Shown here piece by piece: positions 17,319-27,245 of a stretch of 64,000 nt of DNA. Source of the stretch: a virus; IMG/VR virus record IMGVR_UViG_3300043446_003110; one strand, written 5' to 3'. Under the pieces are notes generated by a model. The model searched no databases and had not been told where the DNA came from. It worked only from the letters and a program-made list of their open reading frames with translations. The position numbers and the translations under genes are program-made. How positions within the stretch are numbered: the stretch's first letter is position 1; every line of letters starts with the position of its first letter.

Positions 17319-17817
17319 ACCAGAGTTATTTAGCCAAAACTACCAAAAAGAATGGTCAGAAACTCATAAATATAAACATATTCATACTGGCGAATATTGT
17401 ACATTTGAAGCTTATGTAGCTGAATATATCGTTTTGAGGAGATCTGAAAAATTGAATTTAGGTAAGCCATCTTACAAATTTTGGACAAAGGGCGATCCTC
17501 TACACTGGATATGGAAGAAGCAACATGGAGCAGCACTTCAATTAAAAAAGAAGTATAGCGAAGAAGCCATTATACAAGCTATACAGTCTAAAGATTTTGA
17601 TAAATTATTAGTTATTGGAGTGCAAAATGGCAGAGGATATAAAATAAATCCAGAGGCAGAAAAAATCATAGCAAAGTATCACCAAAAGATTGAAGATCAG
17701 AAACACAAAATTGAAATCAATATGGATGTATCAATTGAAAAACCGGCACTTGAAACTAGAGCGTCAGCAGGCTATAATAACAAAAAGAACACCATGAACC
17801 AGTTGAGGAACCTATGA
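17302..17817 (+). CDS. Hypothetical protein
   Basis: Coupled ORF upstream of recA. Confidence 0.7.
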   Translation: MPQKNKPELFSQNYQKEWSETHKYKHIHTGEYCTFEAYVAEYIVLRRSEKLNLGKPSYKFWTKGDPLHWIWKKQHGAALQLKKKYSEEAIIQAIQSKDFDKLLVIGVQNGRGYKINPEAEKIIAKYHQKIEDQKHKIEINMDVSIEKPALETRASAGYNNKKNTMNQLRNL

Positions 17818-18920
17818 GCAAAGTTAAAAAGAACAATGTAAAATTCTCTGAAGACGCTATAAGCAATTCTATTGTCAGTAAATATGGAGATGTTGTCAGA
17901 AGCGGAACAGAAGTTCTTGAAAGTATAAATAGTCTAAATGTTATAGGTCTTTCTCCAGCATTAGATATAGCACTTGGCGGTGGAATAAGAGAAGGTTCTG
18001 TCGTGGTGATGACGGGAGATCCAAAAAGTGGCAAAACTACAACAGCTTTACATTTTGCATCTAAATGCCAACAAAAGGGAAAACGCATTATATATGTGAA
18101 TACTGAGGGTAGACTATCAAAACAAAATTTTGATGGAATTAAGGGGCTTCAGCCAGACAATATCTTAATAATAGAGTCAACTGACGAAAGAGTATTATCA
18201 GCAGAAGATTTTCTTAACATTATTGAGTATTATATCAATAATGATCCCGGATGTTTAATCATTGCTGATTCACTATCTAACATGGTTCCAGCGTGTGAAC
18301 TTGAAGGCGAAGTAAGAACTGGCGTAAGAAATGCACTTCCAAGATTGCTATCAATGTTTTTCAAGCGAATCAGTGGTACTTTGATGAAAAATAAGACAAT
18401 TCTTATTTGTATCACTCATAATATTGCTAATACTGGTGGATCGCCATATGCCCCACAAAAGATGGCAGATTGTGGAAATATGTTGCAATATCAGGCCGGT
18501 ACTAATATGGTCATTACTCATCGTGGTAAGTGGCAAGTTCCAAAGGATACTGGTCCACACGTTGGCCAAATAGCAAATTGGGTGATAAAAACTTCTAACG
18601 CTGGCGGTAGACCAAACAGCACGGCAGAAAGTTGGATAAAATATGGAACTGGAGTTGATGAAGTACAAGAAATTGTACAAATTGCTTGCGAATTTAGACT
18701 TATCAAAGCGGCTGGAGCGTGGTATACCATACAATGCGCCGTTGATGATCAAGCTAATCCAATTATAGTAAAATTACTAGAAGACAACGGTATTGGGAAC
18801 ACTTCAGACGAAGTTGAAAGATTTTTTAAATTTCAAGGTGTGAATAATGTATCGGAATTTTTGAATAACAATCCATCGATGTCAGAATTTATATATGACA
18901 AGATAAAGGAACTACATTGA
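17814..18920 (+). CDS. recA: RecA/UvsX-like recombinase
   Basis: LDIALGGGI, Walker A GDPKSGKTT, YVNTEG, LIIADS, IKAAGAWY. Confidence 0.92.
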   Translation: MSKVKKNNVKFSEDAISNSIVSKYGDVVRSGTEVLESINSLNVIGLSPALDIALGGGIREGSVVVMTGDPKSGKTTTALHFASKCQQKGKRIIYVNTEGRLSKQNFDGIKGLQPDNILIIESTDERVLSAEDFLNIIEYYINNDPGCLIIADSLSNMVPACELEGEVRTGVRNALPRLLSMFFKRISGTLMKNKTILICITHNIANTGGSPYAPQKMADCGNMLQYQAGTNMVITHRGKWQVPKDTGPHVGQIANWVIKTSNAGGRPNSTAESWIKYGTGVDEVQEIVQIACEFRLIKAAGAWYTIQCAVDDQANPIIVKLLEDNGIGNTSDEVERFFKFQGVNNVSEFLNNNPSMSEFIYDKIKELH

Positions 18921-19339
18921 AAGTCAAAGGAATCAATGGCAAAGAATATACTTGGAATTTAACTGGATATGATATATTCAATGATGACGCTCGTAAAAGA
19001 TCTAGATACCATTTGCGAGCAAGAAACTTATTAAAAGAAATCTACAATAGCTATAGAATATTAGAAGAGGTTAAACTTCCCGGCAGTACAGCTTTACATA
19101 GAAAATCAGTTTTATATTTAGACTTTTATATACCAACTCTACAAAGAGCCTTTGAAGTTCATGGTCAACAACATTATGAGTACAACCCATTTTTTCACAA
19201 AAGCAAAGCAGATTTCATAAAAAGCCAAGTGCGAGATGAAGATAAAATATCTTGGTGCGAATTGAATAATATTGAATTAATAACCTTAAAATATTCAGAA
19301 AGCGATGATGAGTGGCGAAAAAGAATTAAAAGCATCTGA
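18917..19339 (+). CDS. PD-(D/E)XK / Vsr-like endonuclease
   Basis: LYLDFYIP...FEVHGQQHY...RDEDK..WCELNNI.L. Confidence 0.75.
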   Translation: MKVKGINGKEYTWNLTGYDIFNDDARKRSRYHLRARNLLKEIYNSYRILEEVKLPGSTALHRKSVLYLDFYIPTLQRAFEVHGQQHYEYNPFFHKSKADFIKSQVRDEDKISWCELNNIELITLKYSESDDEWRKRIKSI

Positions 19340-19784
19340 CAAATTAGCAGAACATATAGCACTAATCAATGACTATATAAATAGTAGTAATACTAAATTC
19401 TCATCATTTAGAGAAGAATATCTGATGGTGGCAGATTTGTCATTAGACCAGCTTAAAAAAACAACACAACAAGAAGCATTTGATGCGGCATATCTATTAT
19501 ATGGATATGCTACCTATATTCAAGATGAAATAAATAAAAATAAAGTTGCATTAACTTGGTGTCATGATCAAATAGAAAAGTTAATAGTTAAACATAATAA
19601 TGATTTTGGTCAATATACTAAGCATGAGTCAAAAAAATATATACTAGCACAAAATAACTCATACGCCGCTTCACTAGAAAATATGAGAGAAATAGCTGAA
19701 GCTAGATTGCAATCATTAGATGGCAAAGTATTTGAATTGAAGAGAAAAGCAGACATCCTTCTTGAGAGAGGTAAAAGATCATGA
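19305..19784 (+). CDS. Helical protein, UvsY-like recombination mediator candidate
   Basis: Long coiled-coil helices; position near recA. Confidence 0.45.
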   Translation: MMSGEKELKASDKLAEHIALINDYINSSNTKFSSFREEYLMVADLSLDQLKKTTQQEAFDAAYLLYGYATYIQDEINKNKVALTWCHDQIEKLIVKHNNDFGQYTKHESKKYILAQNNSYAASLENMREIAEARLQSLDGKVFELKRKADILLERGKRS

Positions 19785-20200
19785 GCATGAACGATTTCAT
19801 AAATATGCTCAACGATGAGCAAAAACAGGCTTTATTAAAAGCATTAATTGGGAATACTCCAACAGTAGCACCAGTACCAACAGAAATAAAACAAGAGAGT
19901 ATAAAAACAATCAAGTCTTCAACGCCAACTGCCAGCGTAAATGAAGATTTTACTATACGTAGGCAGGAAGATACTTCTAATGTCAGGAGAAAAGAACCCG
20001 TGAGAGCTAGAAAGAATGAGTGGCAAGATACAGGAGAATTTCGCGATATAGAAACTCCTCAGTTTGAACGCACTCCGCGTAAGCGTCAACCGCACAAAAA
20101 GGTTGAAGTAGAATGCCATGTATGCGGAAAAACATTTAAAGAAGATCCAAGATATGTACATGGTGATTATTACAGATGCAACAGGTGTACTGGAAGATAA
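19781..20200 (+). CDS. Hypothetical protein with C-terminal zinc ribbon
   Basis: CHVCG...RCNRC. Confidence 0.65.
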   Translation: MSMNDFINMLNDEQKQALLKALIGNTPTVAPVPTEIKQESIKTIKSSTPTASVNEDFTIRRQEDTSNVRRKEPVRARKNEWQDTGEFRDIETPQFERTPRKRQPHKKVEVECHVCGKTFKEDPRYVHGDYYRCNRCTGR

Positions 20201-20201
20201 T

Positions 20202-21665
20202 ATGGATACTAAATTAACAGATATAGGTTCAGAACGTGCTGTACTCGCTGGATTATTTCAGCATGGTATAGATGCTTATGTAAATATATCTGATATTATT
20301 AGTCAAGACTCTTTTGGTCACGTAAATAACCAAATTCTTTACAAGTGCATAGAAAAAGTTATTACTAATGATCAAAAAGTAGATATACCGTCTATTTTAT
20401 CAGCTGCCGAACAACTTAATTTGTCTGATAGTATTAATACTGATCAGGAATTAAAATATATCAAATCTTTATCTGATTTTCCGGTTAATAAAGATAATGT
20501 ATTTAGCTTTGGATTGCAACTTAAAAAATTTGAGTTCGCCAGAAAAATAAAACATTTAACAGCAAAAATACATAAAGATATAGATGACATTACTGGATCT
20601 GAGTCTATCAATGAAATTATACAAATTTTAGAAAGTCCAGTAACAGATTTTCTGCGTGAAGATGATAGCGGAGATTTACCAGAAAAAATAGGAAAAGACA
20701 TACAGCAATATCTAGATTTTTTAGAAGAAAATAAATGTGATATTATAGGCATACCAACGGGATTCAATAAATATGATGAAGCAATAGGTGGCGGTCTTCG
20801 CAGAAAATGTGTAGACTTAATATCTGCTCGTCCTAAAGTTGGTAAAAGCGTATTTGCTGATAATGTTGCATTGAATGTATCTTCTAAAAGAATACCTGTA
20901 TTGATGTTAGATACAGAAATGAGCAAAGAAGATCACTTAAATAGACTATTAGCTAACATTAGTGGCATTCCAATAAACGAAATAGCTACCGGAAAGTTTA
21001 CTGAAGATGAAGAAAAAAGAATCAAAGTCAAAGAAGCAATTGACAAAATAGAATCAATACCATATAGCTACGTTAGTGTTGCTGGAAAACCTTTTGAACA
21101 AATATTGAATTTAATCAAAAGGTGGATTATGCAAGAAGTAAAGATGGATGAAAATGGCAAAACAAATAATTGTCTTATTATATATGATTATCTTAAATTA
21201 ATGTCATCTAATTCTATCACAAATAATATTCAAGAATATCAAGCTTTAGGCTTTCAGATAACCGCTTTGCATAATCTATGTGTAAAATTGGATATACCAT
21301 GTTTATCATTTGTACAATTGAACCGTGATGGTATAACTAAAGAAAGTACTGACGCTGTTTCTGGATCTGATAGGTTAATATGGTTATGTACATCTTTTAC
21401 TATATTCAAGGCAAAATCACCAGAAGAACTAGCAGAAGATGGACCAAATGCTGGTAATAGAAAACTTGTTCCAATAGTCTCACGACACGGTGCTGGATTA
21501 GATGACGGCGACTATATCAATATGGTAATGCAAGGATCTCATGCCAAGTTGAGAGAATTAAAAACACGCAATGAGTTCAAAAATCAGCCGGTTGGAGATA
21601 CTGGCATGGTAAACCAAGAAGCATTGGACAAACTAAAAAATGGACTTACAGAAGATAAAGAATAG
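20202..21665 (+). CDS. dnaB: Replicative DnaB-like helicase
   Basis: SERAVLAG, GIPTGF, ARPKVGKS, DTEM, IIYDYL, VQLNR, SRHG; start ATG20202. Confidence 0.95.
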   Translation: MDTKLTDIGSERAVLAGLFQHGIDAYVNISDIISQDSFGHVNNQILYKCIEKVITNDQKVDIPSILSAAEQLNLSDSINTDQELKYIKSLSDFPVNKDNVFSFGLQLKKFEFARKIKHLTAKIHKDIDDITGSESINEIIQILESPVTDFLREDDSGDLPEKIGKDIQQYLDFLEENKCDIIGIPTGFNKYDEAIGGGLRRKCVDLISARPKVGKSVFADNVALNVSSKRIPVLMLDTEMSKEDHLNRLLANISGIPINEIATGKFTEDEEKRIKVKEAIDKIESIPYSYVSVAGKPFEQILNLIKRWIMQEVKMDENGKTNNCLIIYDYLKLMSSNSITNNIQEYQALGFQITALHNLCVKLDIPCLSFVQLNRDGITKESTDAVSGSDRLIWLCTSFTIFKAKSPEELAEDGPNAGNRKLVPIVSRHGAGLDDGDYINMVMQGSHAKLRELKTRNEFKNQPVGDTGMVNQEALDKLKNGLTEDKE

Positions 21666-22665
21666 TCTTAATTTAAGAGCAGAAGAAGTATTCTCTAGTT
21701 TGGGTATGCAATATGAGGTATTAGGAGATAACATATATTGTAATTGTCCAGCACATGAGGCTAGTGATAACCCACGGGCATTCTCATTTTCTAAAGATAA
21801 AGGTATATGGAAATGTTGGACTAGAGATTGTCAGTATCACTATAAAAATGATATATTTGGAGTCATAAGGGGGTTTTTGTCTAAACAGCACGGAGAAGAC
21901 GTTGGTTTTTCAGAGGCACTTAAATGGTCTTGTTCTTTTCTTGGAGTGTCAAAAAGTCCAAATGTTATTTCTAAATCTGTTAAGACTGAAGAATGTGATT
22001 TCTCGCGTATAGTAAATACTATTAATAGTAATATAAAAATTGAAACACAATATTCAGCGATAACACTAGAATGTAATTCTATTCCATCTTGTTACTTTCT
22101 CAATCGCGGATTTAAAAAAGAAACATTATCATTTTTTGAAGTTGGAGATTGCACAGATAAATCTTCCAAGCTATATGACAGATCAATTATACCAATACAT
22201 AATGAAGATGGAACACAAATCATAGGATCTATAGCTAGAGCAATTAAAGAATACAAAAGTCCTAAATTCTTGATCACCCCTAAAGGTTTCGACAAAAGGT
22301 ACATTTTCTACAATTATCATAGAGCAATAGATTATGTGTATACATCTTCTTCGTTGATATTAGTCGAAGGCCAAAGTGACATATGGAGACTTCATGAAGC
22401 TGGAATCAAAAATGTGATGAGCATCTTTGGAAGAACATTATCAAAAGAACAAGAATACAAATTATCTACTATGCCACTTACCAAAGTAGTGATATTAATG
22501 GATAATGATCAAGCTGGTAGAGAAGCAAAAGTGCAATTGCAAAGACAATTAAATAGAATGTACAAATTGTTTTTCCCTAGAATACCAGCAAAAGACGTAG
22601 GAGAAATGACGGTGGATCAAATACACAAAATCTTGGTTCCGCAATTGAGAGGCAACAATGGTTAA
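21640..22665 (+). CDS. dnaG: DNA primase (Zn finger + TOPRIM)
   Basis: CPAH...WKCWTRDC, IIPIHN, LVEGQSD, MDNDQAG, KDVGE. Confidence 0.92.
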   Translation: MDLQKIKNSLNLRAEEVFSSLGMQYEVLGDNIYCNCPAHEASDNPRAFSFSKDKGIWKCWTRDCQYHYKNDIFGVIRGFLSKQHGEDVGFSEALKWSCSFLGVSKSPNVISKSVKTEECDFSRIVNTINSNIKIETQYSAITLECNSIPSCYFLNRGFKKETLSFFEVGDCTDKSSKLYDRSIIPIHNEDGTQIIGSIARAIKEYKSPKFLITPKGFDKRYIFYNYHRAIDYVYTSSSLILVEGQSDIWRLHEAGIKNVMSIFGRTLSKEQEYKLSTMPLTKVVILMDNDQAGREAKVQLQRQLNRMYKLFFPRIPAKDVGEMTVDQIHKILVPQLRGNNG

Positions 22666-23401
22666 AATTATTGGAATTTCTGGTAGAAAACAATCTGGAA
22701 AGAATACTGTAGCAAACTATATCAACGGAGACATTTTAAAGTCTAAATCGATGATAAATGATTTCTCTATAAATGATAATGGAGAATTGTTAATCAATAC
22801 TAGTGATATTACTGGTACAAGTGGGTATGGCATATTTGATGTCACTAGAAAAGATAACATTTTCATAGATTATGCAGAACGAGAACTATGGCCCTACATA
22901 AAAGTATACCATTTTGCTGATCCGCTAAAAGAAATGTCTATCAATTTATTTGGATTAAATCCAGAAAATATATATGGCACAAATGATCAAAAAAATGAAA
23001 AAACTGATCTAAGATGGGAGAATATGCCAGATAATGACTCAAATAAAGAAGACAGAATGACATACAGAGAATTTTTAGAACATTTTGGCACTAAAGTTGT
23101 AAGAAAAATAAAGAATAATGCATGGTCTGAATATACACTAAAAAAAATTGTGTTTGAGCAATCTGAGATAGCTATAGTACCAGATGTTAGATTTCCCAAT
23201 GAGGTTAAGGCGATAAAAGACAATGGGGGGATGGTAATAAGATTAACAAGAGACATTTTTAATAGTGATTCGGAATCAGAATGTGCTTTAGATAGTGAAC
23301 AATTTTCTTGGTCAAATTTCGATATGGTTATTGATAATCATAACATGACGCTAGAGGTCTTGTGCGATGAACTAAGAAACAATCCATTTTGGAGGAATTA
23401 A
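22658..23401 (+). CDS. Deoxynucleoside monophosphate kinase
   Basis: GISGRKQSGKNT, FADPLK, REFLEHFGT, DVRFPNE, SE. Confidence 0.9.
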   Translation: MVKIIGISGRKQSGKNTVANYINGDILKSKSMINDFSINDNGELLINTSDITGTSGYGIFDVTRKDNIFIDYAERELWPYIKVYHFADPLKEMSINLFGLNPENIYGTNDQKNEKTDLRWENMPDNDSNKEDRMTYREFLEHFGTKVVRKIKNNAWSEYTLKKIVFEQSEIAIVPDVRFPNEVKAIKDNGGMVIRLTRDIFNSDSESECALDSEQFSWSNFDMVIDNHNMTLEVLCDELRNNPFWRN

Positions 23402-24420
23402 TGTTAGTTACATATATAAGATCTTCTAGTTATAATAATTATGCTTATTGTCAAATGCAATATTTTATGACTTATGTTTTGGGCCATCAGCCAGATAGTG
23501 GCAAAAAAGCTGAATTAGGAACAATAGTACATAAAGTAATGGAAGTATTGGCCAGTTTAAAGAAATTTCATCAAGATAATCCACGTAAATTAAATCTAGT
23601 CATAGAAGATGATGCCCTCCAAACAATATCAATCAAAAAAAATGAATTATTTACTAGCTCATTAGTAGACAGTTTACTTTCTAAGAGTTTTGAATTTTAT
23701 ACTGGATCATCCAAGCATTCATTTACAAAAGGTGACAAAGATTCATGCTCTAAGTTAGTATGGGACACTTTGAATTATAATGATGGACAATTTGATCCAA
23801 GATATAGAAAAATAGTGGCAGCAGAACCACATTTTGACATACCAATAGACGAAGATTGGGCTTTTTATGAATATGAAGTAAATGGTCAAAAGATCAAAGG
23901 GCAACTTGCGATAAAAGGGACCATAGATCTCGTAACAGAGACAGAAGAAGGAATTATAGAGGTAATTGATTGGAAAACTGGCAAAAGGCTAGATTGGGCA
24001 ACGGGTGAAGAAAAGACATACGACAAATTATGTGCAGATCCACAATTATTGCTATATAACTATGCAATATCTAAATTATTCCCGCAATATAAACAGTCGA
24101 TAATGAGTATTTTCTTTATAAAAGATGGTGGTCCATTTTCTATGTGCTTTGACGAACTTGACCAGCAAAAGTTCATTAAAATGCTCAAAAATAGGTTTTT
24201 AGACATAAAAAGTAATAATAATCCCCAGCCAATTTCACAAAATAGGGATAATTGGAAATGTACCAAATTATGCCACTATTGTAAGCACAACTGGCCGGGA
24301 ACAGATCAGAACATGTGTATATATGTAGAGAACAGTATAAAAACACACGGTATACAAAAGACAATAGAGGATTGTACCAGACAGGGATTTGACATAGGAT
24401 TTTATTCTGCTCCGGGGTGA
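23401..24420 (+). CDS. Cas4/RecB-like PD-(D/E)XK exonuclease with probable Fe-S staple
   Basis: YCQMQY, GTIVH, GTIDLV, IDWKTG, QLLLY, C-terminal C..LC.YC...C. Confidence 0.88.
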   Translation: MLVTYIRSSSYNNYAYCQMQYFMTYVLGHQPDSGKKAELGTIVHKVMEVLASLKKFHQDNPRKLNLVIEDDALQTISIKKNELFTSSLVDSLLSKSFEFYTGSSKHSFTKGDKDSCSKLVWDTLNYNDGQFDPRYRKIVAAEPHFDIPIDEDWAFYEYEVNGQKIKGQLAIKGTIDLVTETEEGIIEVIDWKTGKRLDWATGEEKTYDKLCADPQLLLYNYAISKLFPQYKQSIMSIFFIKDGGPFSMCFDELDQQKFIKMLKNRFLDIKSNNNPQPISQNRDNWKCTKLCHYCKHNWPGTDQNMCIYVENSIKTHGIQKTIEDCTRQGFDIGFYSAPG

Positions 24421-24424
24421 AAAT

Positions 24425-25297
24425 ATGAGTAAATTATTAACTATCGGTATGGCAACATATGATGACTATAATGGAGTATTTTTCTCCATACAGTCATTAA
24501 GGATGTTCCACGAAATATGCAATACAGAACAGGTGGAGTTTATTGTACTTGATGGAAATCCATCTAGTGAACATGGAAAAGCTTGTAAATCATATATAGA
24601 GCATCAAGTCCATGGTAAATACATAGCATATGATGGTGTAAATAGCTCATTTAATAAGTACAAAATAGTAGAATACGCTACAGGAAAGTATATTTTAATA
24701 ATAGATTGTCACGTTTTAATAGAAAAAGATGGAATATCTAAATTATTACAATATTTTCAAGAGAATCCAGATTGCAAAAATTTAATACAGGGTCCATTAT
24801 GGTATGATGATTTAAAAAACATATCAACGCATTTTGATCCAGTGTGGCGTGGAGATATGTTTGGCATATGGGGAACAAATAAAAACGAATATGATAAAGG
24901 GCTACCCTTTGAAATACAAATGCAAGGTATGGGATTAATGGCGTTTGAAAAATCTGCTTGGACAGGAATAAATAATAATTTTAAAGGATTTGGAGCAGAA
25001 GAAGGATATATAGCAGAAAAATTTAGAAGAAATGGTGGTAAAAATATTTGTCTTCCATACTTAAAGTGGAATCATAGATTTGGAAGACCCGATGGTGTAA
25101 AATATAGATTAATATTAGAAGACAGAATATGGAACTATTTCATAGGATGGTTAGAAATTACCAAAGATCCAAATGACATAATGGTTCTGAGTATATACAA
25201 TTACTTTCGAAATAAAATACCAAGAGAAAGTTTAGATAACATCTTTCTTGAAGCTAAAAAAACAATATTAGGAGAAAATCATGCCACTTCCAAGTAG
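24425..25297 (+). CDS. Glycosyltransferase, GT-A (GT2-like)
   Basis: LTIGMATYDD, IVLDG, ATGKYILIIDCH, GFGAEE. Confidence 0.85.
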   Translation: MSKLLTIGMATYDDYNGVFFSIQSLRMFHEICNTEQVEFIVLDGNPSSEHGKACKSYIEHQVHGKYIAYDGVNSSFNKYKIVEYATGKYILIIDCHVLIEKDGISKLLQYFQENPDCKNLIQGPLWYDDLKNISTHFDPVWRGDMFGIWGTNKNEYDKGLPFEIQMQGMGLMAFEKSAWTGINNNFKGFGAEEGYIAEKFRRNGGKNICLPYLKWNHRFGRPDGVKYRLILEDRIWNYFIGWLEITKDPNDIMVLSIYNYFRNKIPRESLDNIFLEAKKTILGENHATSK

Positions 25298-26252
25298 AAA
25301 CAAAGATGAGAATAAGGATAAATTTGTGTCACGTTGCATGAGTAATGAAACTATGCAAAAAGAATATCCAGATTCCAAACAGAGAGTGGCTATTTGTATA
25401 GATCAGGCAACGGCAGACTGTGGATGCATAGAAGCTGCTGACTTTAGACTACAAATGGAAGCGTTTGGCTATGAAGAAGAACTCAATGAAGATAATGTAT
25501 ATATTCCACTAGAAGCAGAATATGAAGACTTTGGTGAAGAAACTGAAGAATTTGATATAGCAGCAGAAAAACCCGGATTATGGGAAAATATTCGCAAGAA
25601 AAAAGAGCGTATGGGCAAAAAATATAAACCAGCTAAACCGGGAGATCCAGATAGACCAGATCCAAAGTCATGGAAAAAGGCTCAATCAAATGGTGATAGC
25701 GAAATGGCTATAGAGCAGTTACAAAAAATGCACGATCAATTAGTAGACATAGTATCTAAGTTAAAAAATATGTCAATGTCTTTAGAATTTCAAGATTGGA
25801 CTAAGGATATGATTTCTAAAGCTGAAGTATATATTCAAAACATACATGATTTTGTAACGTACTATGAACCCGGTAAATATGAAGATGATACAGAAGAATC
25901 ATATAGTTCATATGAATATCAAGATCCAAAAACTGGAGAAGTCTATACTTATAGACGTAAAGGATATTATGAAAAAGATGGTCGAATTTTAATGTATATG
26001 GGAGAAGGAAGTGAATATCAAGGTCGTAAAGTGACATTAAATAAACCATTCAGAACTCCCGGTGGACCAAAGAAATTTGCAGTTTATGTCAAAAATGAAA
26101 GTGGTAATGTAGTTATTGTACGATTTGGTGATCCAAATATGAAGATAAAGAAAAATATTCCAGAAAGACGCAAGAGTTTTAGAGCGAGGCATAATTGCGA
26201 CAATCCCGGTCCCAAATATAAAGCTCGTTACTGGGCCTGCAAAAGCTGGTAA
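25281..26252 (+). CDS. Modular phage protein with acidic linkers and basic modules (probable head-associated protein)
   Basis: Modules MPLP..FVSRCM..QRVAIC; GLWENIRKK; KVTLNKPFR..KKFAVYV..VRFGDPNM..RRKSFRARHNC..ARYWAC, recalled from large phages. Confidence 0.55.
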   Translation: MPLPSRNKDENKDKFVSRCMSNETMQKEYPDSKQRVAICIDQATADCGCIEAADFRLQMEAFGYEEELNEDNVYIPLEAEYEDFGEETEEFDIAAEKPGLWENIRKKKERMGKKYKPAKPGDPDRPDPKSWKKAQSNGDSEMAIEQLQKMHDQLVDIVSKLKNMSMSLEFQDWTKDMISKAEVYIQNIHDFVTYYEPGKYEDDTEESYSSYEYQDPKTGEVYTYRRKGYYEKDGRILMYMGEGSEYQGRKVTLNKPFRTPGGPKKFAVYVKNESGNVVIVRFGDPNMKIKKNIPERRKSFRARHNCDNPGPKYKARYWACKSW

Positions 26253-26264
26253 GGAGAAACACAA

Positions 26265-26687
26265 ATGAAAAAATCTAGAGCAGAAGAATTATTACAATCA
26301 GTTCAAGCTAAAATAGAGTGTCCTCCAGCTACTCAAGATATTACTATTAACTTAGCTAATAGAAAAATATGTGTAGAAAAAGCAAACTATGGACCAGCAA
26401 ATCCAGATCTTCCAAATGAAGATTTTTGGCAAGGTAAAGCAGATCTATTTAAAACATCCATAGACGAAGCTAAAACTATGAGATGTAAAAATTGTGCAGC
26501 ATTCATACAAAAAGAAAAAATGATGAATTGCATAGAAAAAGGCATAGCATCAGAAATAAGCGAAGATCAAATAGCAATTGACATAATAGACAAAGCTAAT
26601 TTAGGTTATTGTGAATTATTTGATTTCAAGTGCGCTGGAGAAAGAACTTGTGATGCATGGATAACCGGCGGTCCAATAAAAAAATAG
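26265..26687 (+). CDS. Cys-rich protein with HiPIP-like CxxC...C-x12-CxxW pattern
   Basis: RCKNCAAF...GYCELFDFKCAGERTCDAW; AAGGAG RBS. Confidence 0.55.
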   Translation: MKKSRAEELLQSVQAKIECPPATQDITINLANRKICVEKANYGPANPDLPNEDFWQGKADLFKTSIDEAKTMRCKNCAAFIQKEKMMNCIEKGIASEISEDQIAIDIIDKANLGYCELFDFKCAGERTCDAWITGGPIKK

Positions 26688-26696
26688 GAGACAAAG

Positions 26697-27218
26697 ATGA
26701 ATAAAATAGATGACTTATTAAGCAAGCAAAGTATAGCACAGGATGTAACAAACTATTCTAGTGAACAAGTAATAGAACTACTAAAAAAATCATTAAATAT
26801 TCATTGGCAGCAGACAACCGTATTAACAGCACAGGCTGTTCATCTTGAAAGATGGGGATATAAAAAGCTCGCTGCTATTATAAAAGAAGATGCTCAACAA
26901 GAACACGAACATGCTGCTGTAAATATAGAAAGATTAGAATTTTTTGATATAGATTATCAACCATTAACAGTATCTCCTCCGACTTGGACAAGGCATGATA
27001 TGTTAGCTATGATACAATATAATCTGAATTCTGTTCAAGAAGCATCGCTAGCAGAAAGGGCAACCATTGTTGCTGCGAGGTCGGTTGGTGATGAGATCAC
27101 TGCTAACACAATGATCCCATTACTACAAGGAAGCGAAGACGGTATCAAGCTCTATGAAGGATTTTTAAAGATGATTGAACAAATGGGTTTGGATAATTTC
27201 TTAACTTTGCAAGTGTGA
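26697..27218 (+). CDS. Bacterioferritin-like protein (ferroxidase centre degenerate)
   Basis: WGYKKL, EHEHA..IERL.F, GDEIT, IEQMGLDNFL align with Bfr. Confidence 0.85.
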   Translation: MNKIDDLLSKQSIAQDVTNYSSEQVIELLKKSLNIHWQQTTVLTAQAVHLERWGYKKLAAIIKEDAQQEHEHAAVNIERLEFFDIDYQPLTVSPPTWTRHDMLAMIQYNLNSVQEASLAERATIVAARSVGDEITANTMIPLLQGSEDGIKLYEGFLKMIEQMGLDNFLTLQV

Positions 27219-27245
27219 TTTTTTCTCATCAGAAAAGGCAGTTAG

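Noticed and set aside
11527-21665. Inteins or introns in nrdA, nrdB, recA, dnaB
   Set aside because: Lengths are ordinary and motifs contiguous
23401-24420. Cas4-like nuclease as sign of a CRISPR-Cas system
   Set aside because: No repeat-spacer array or other cas genes seen; solo Cas4-like exonucleases are common in phage replication modules
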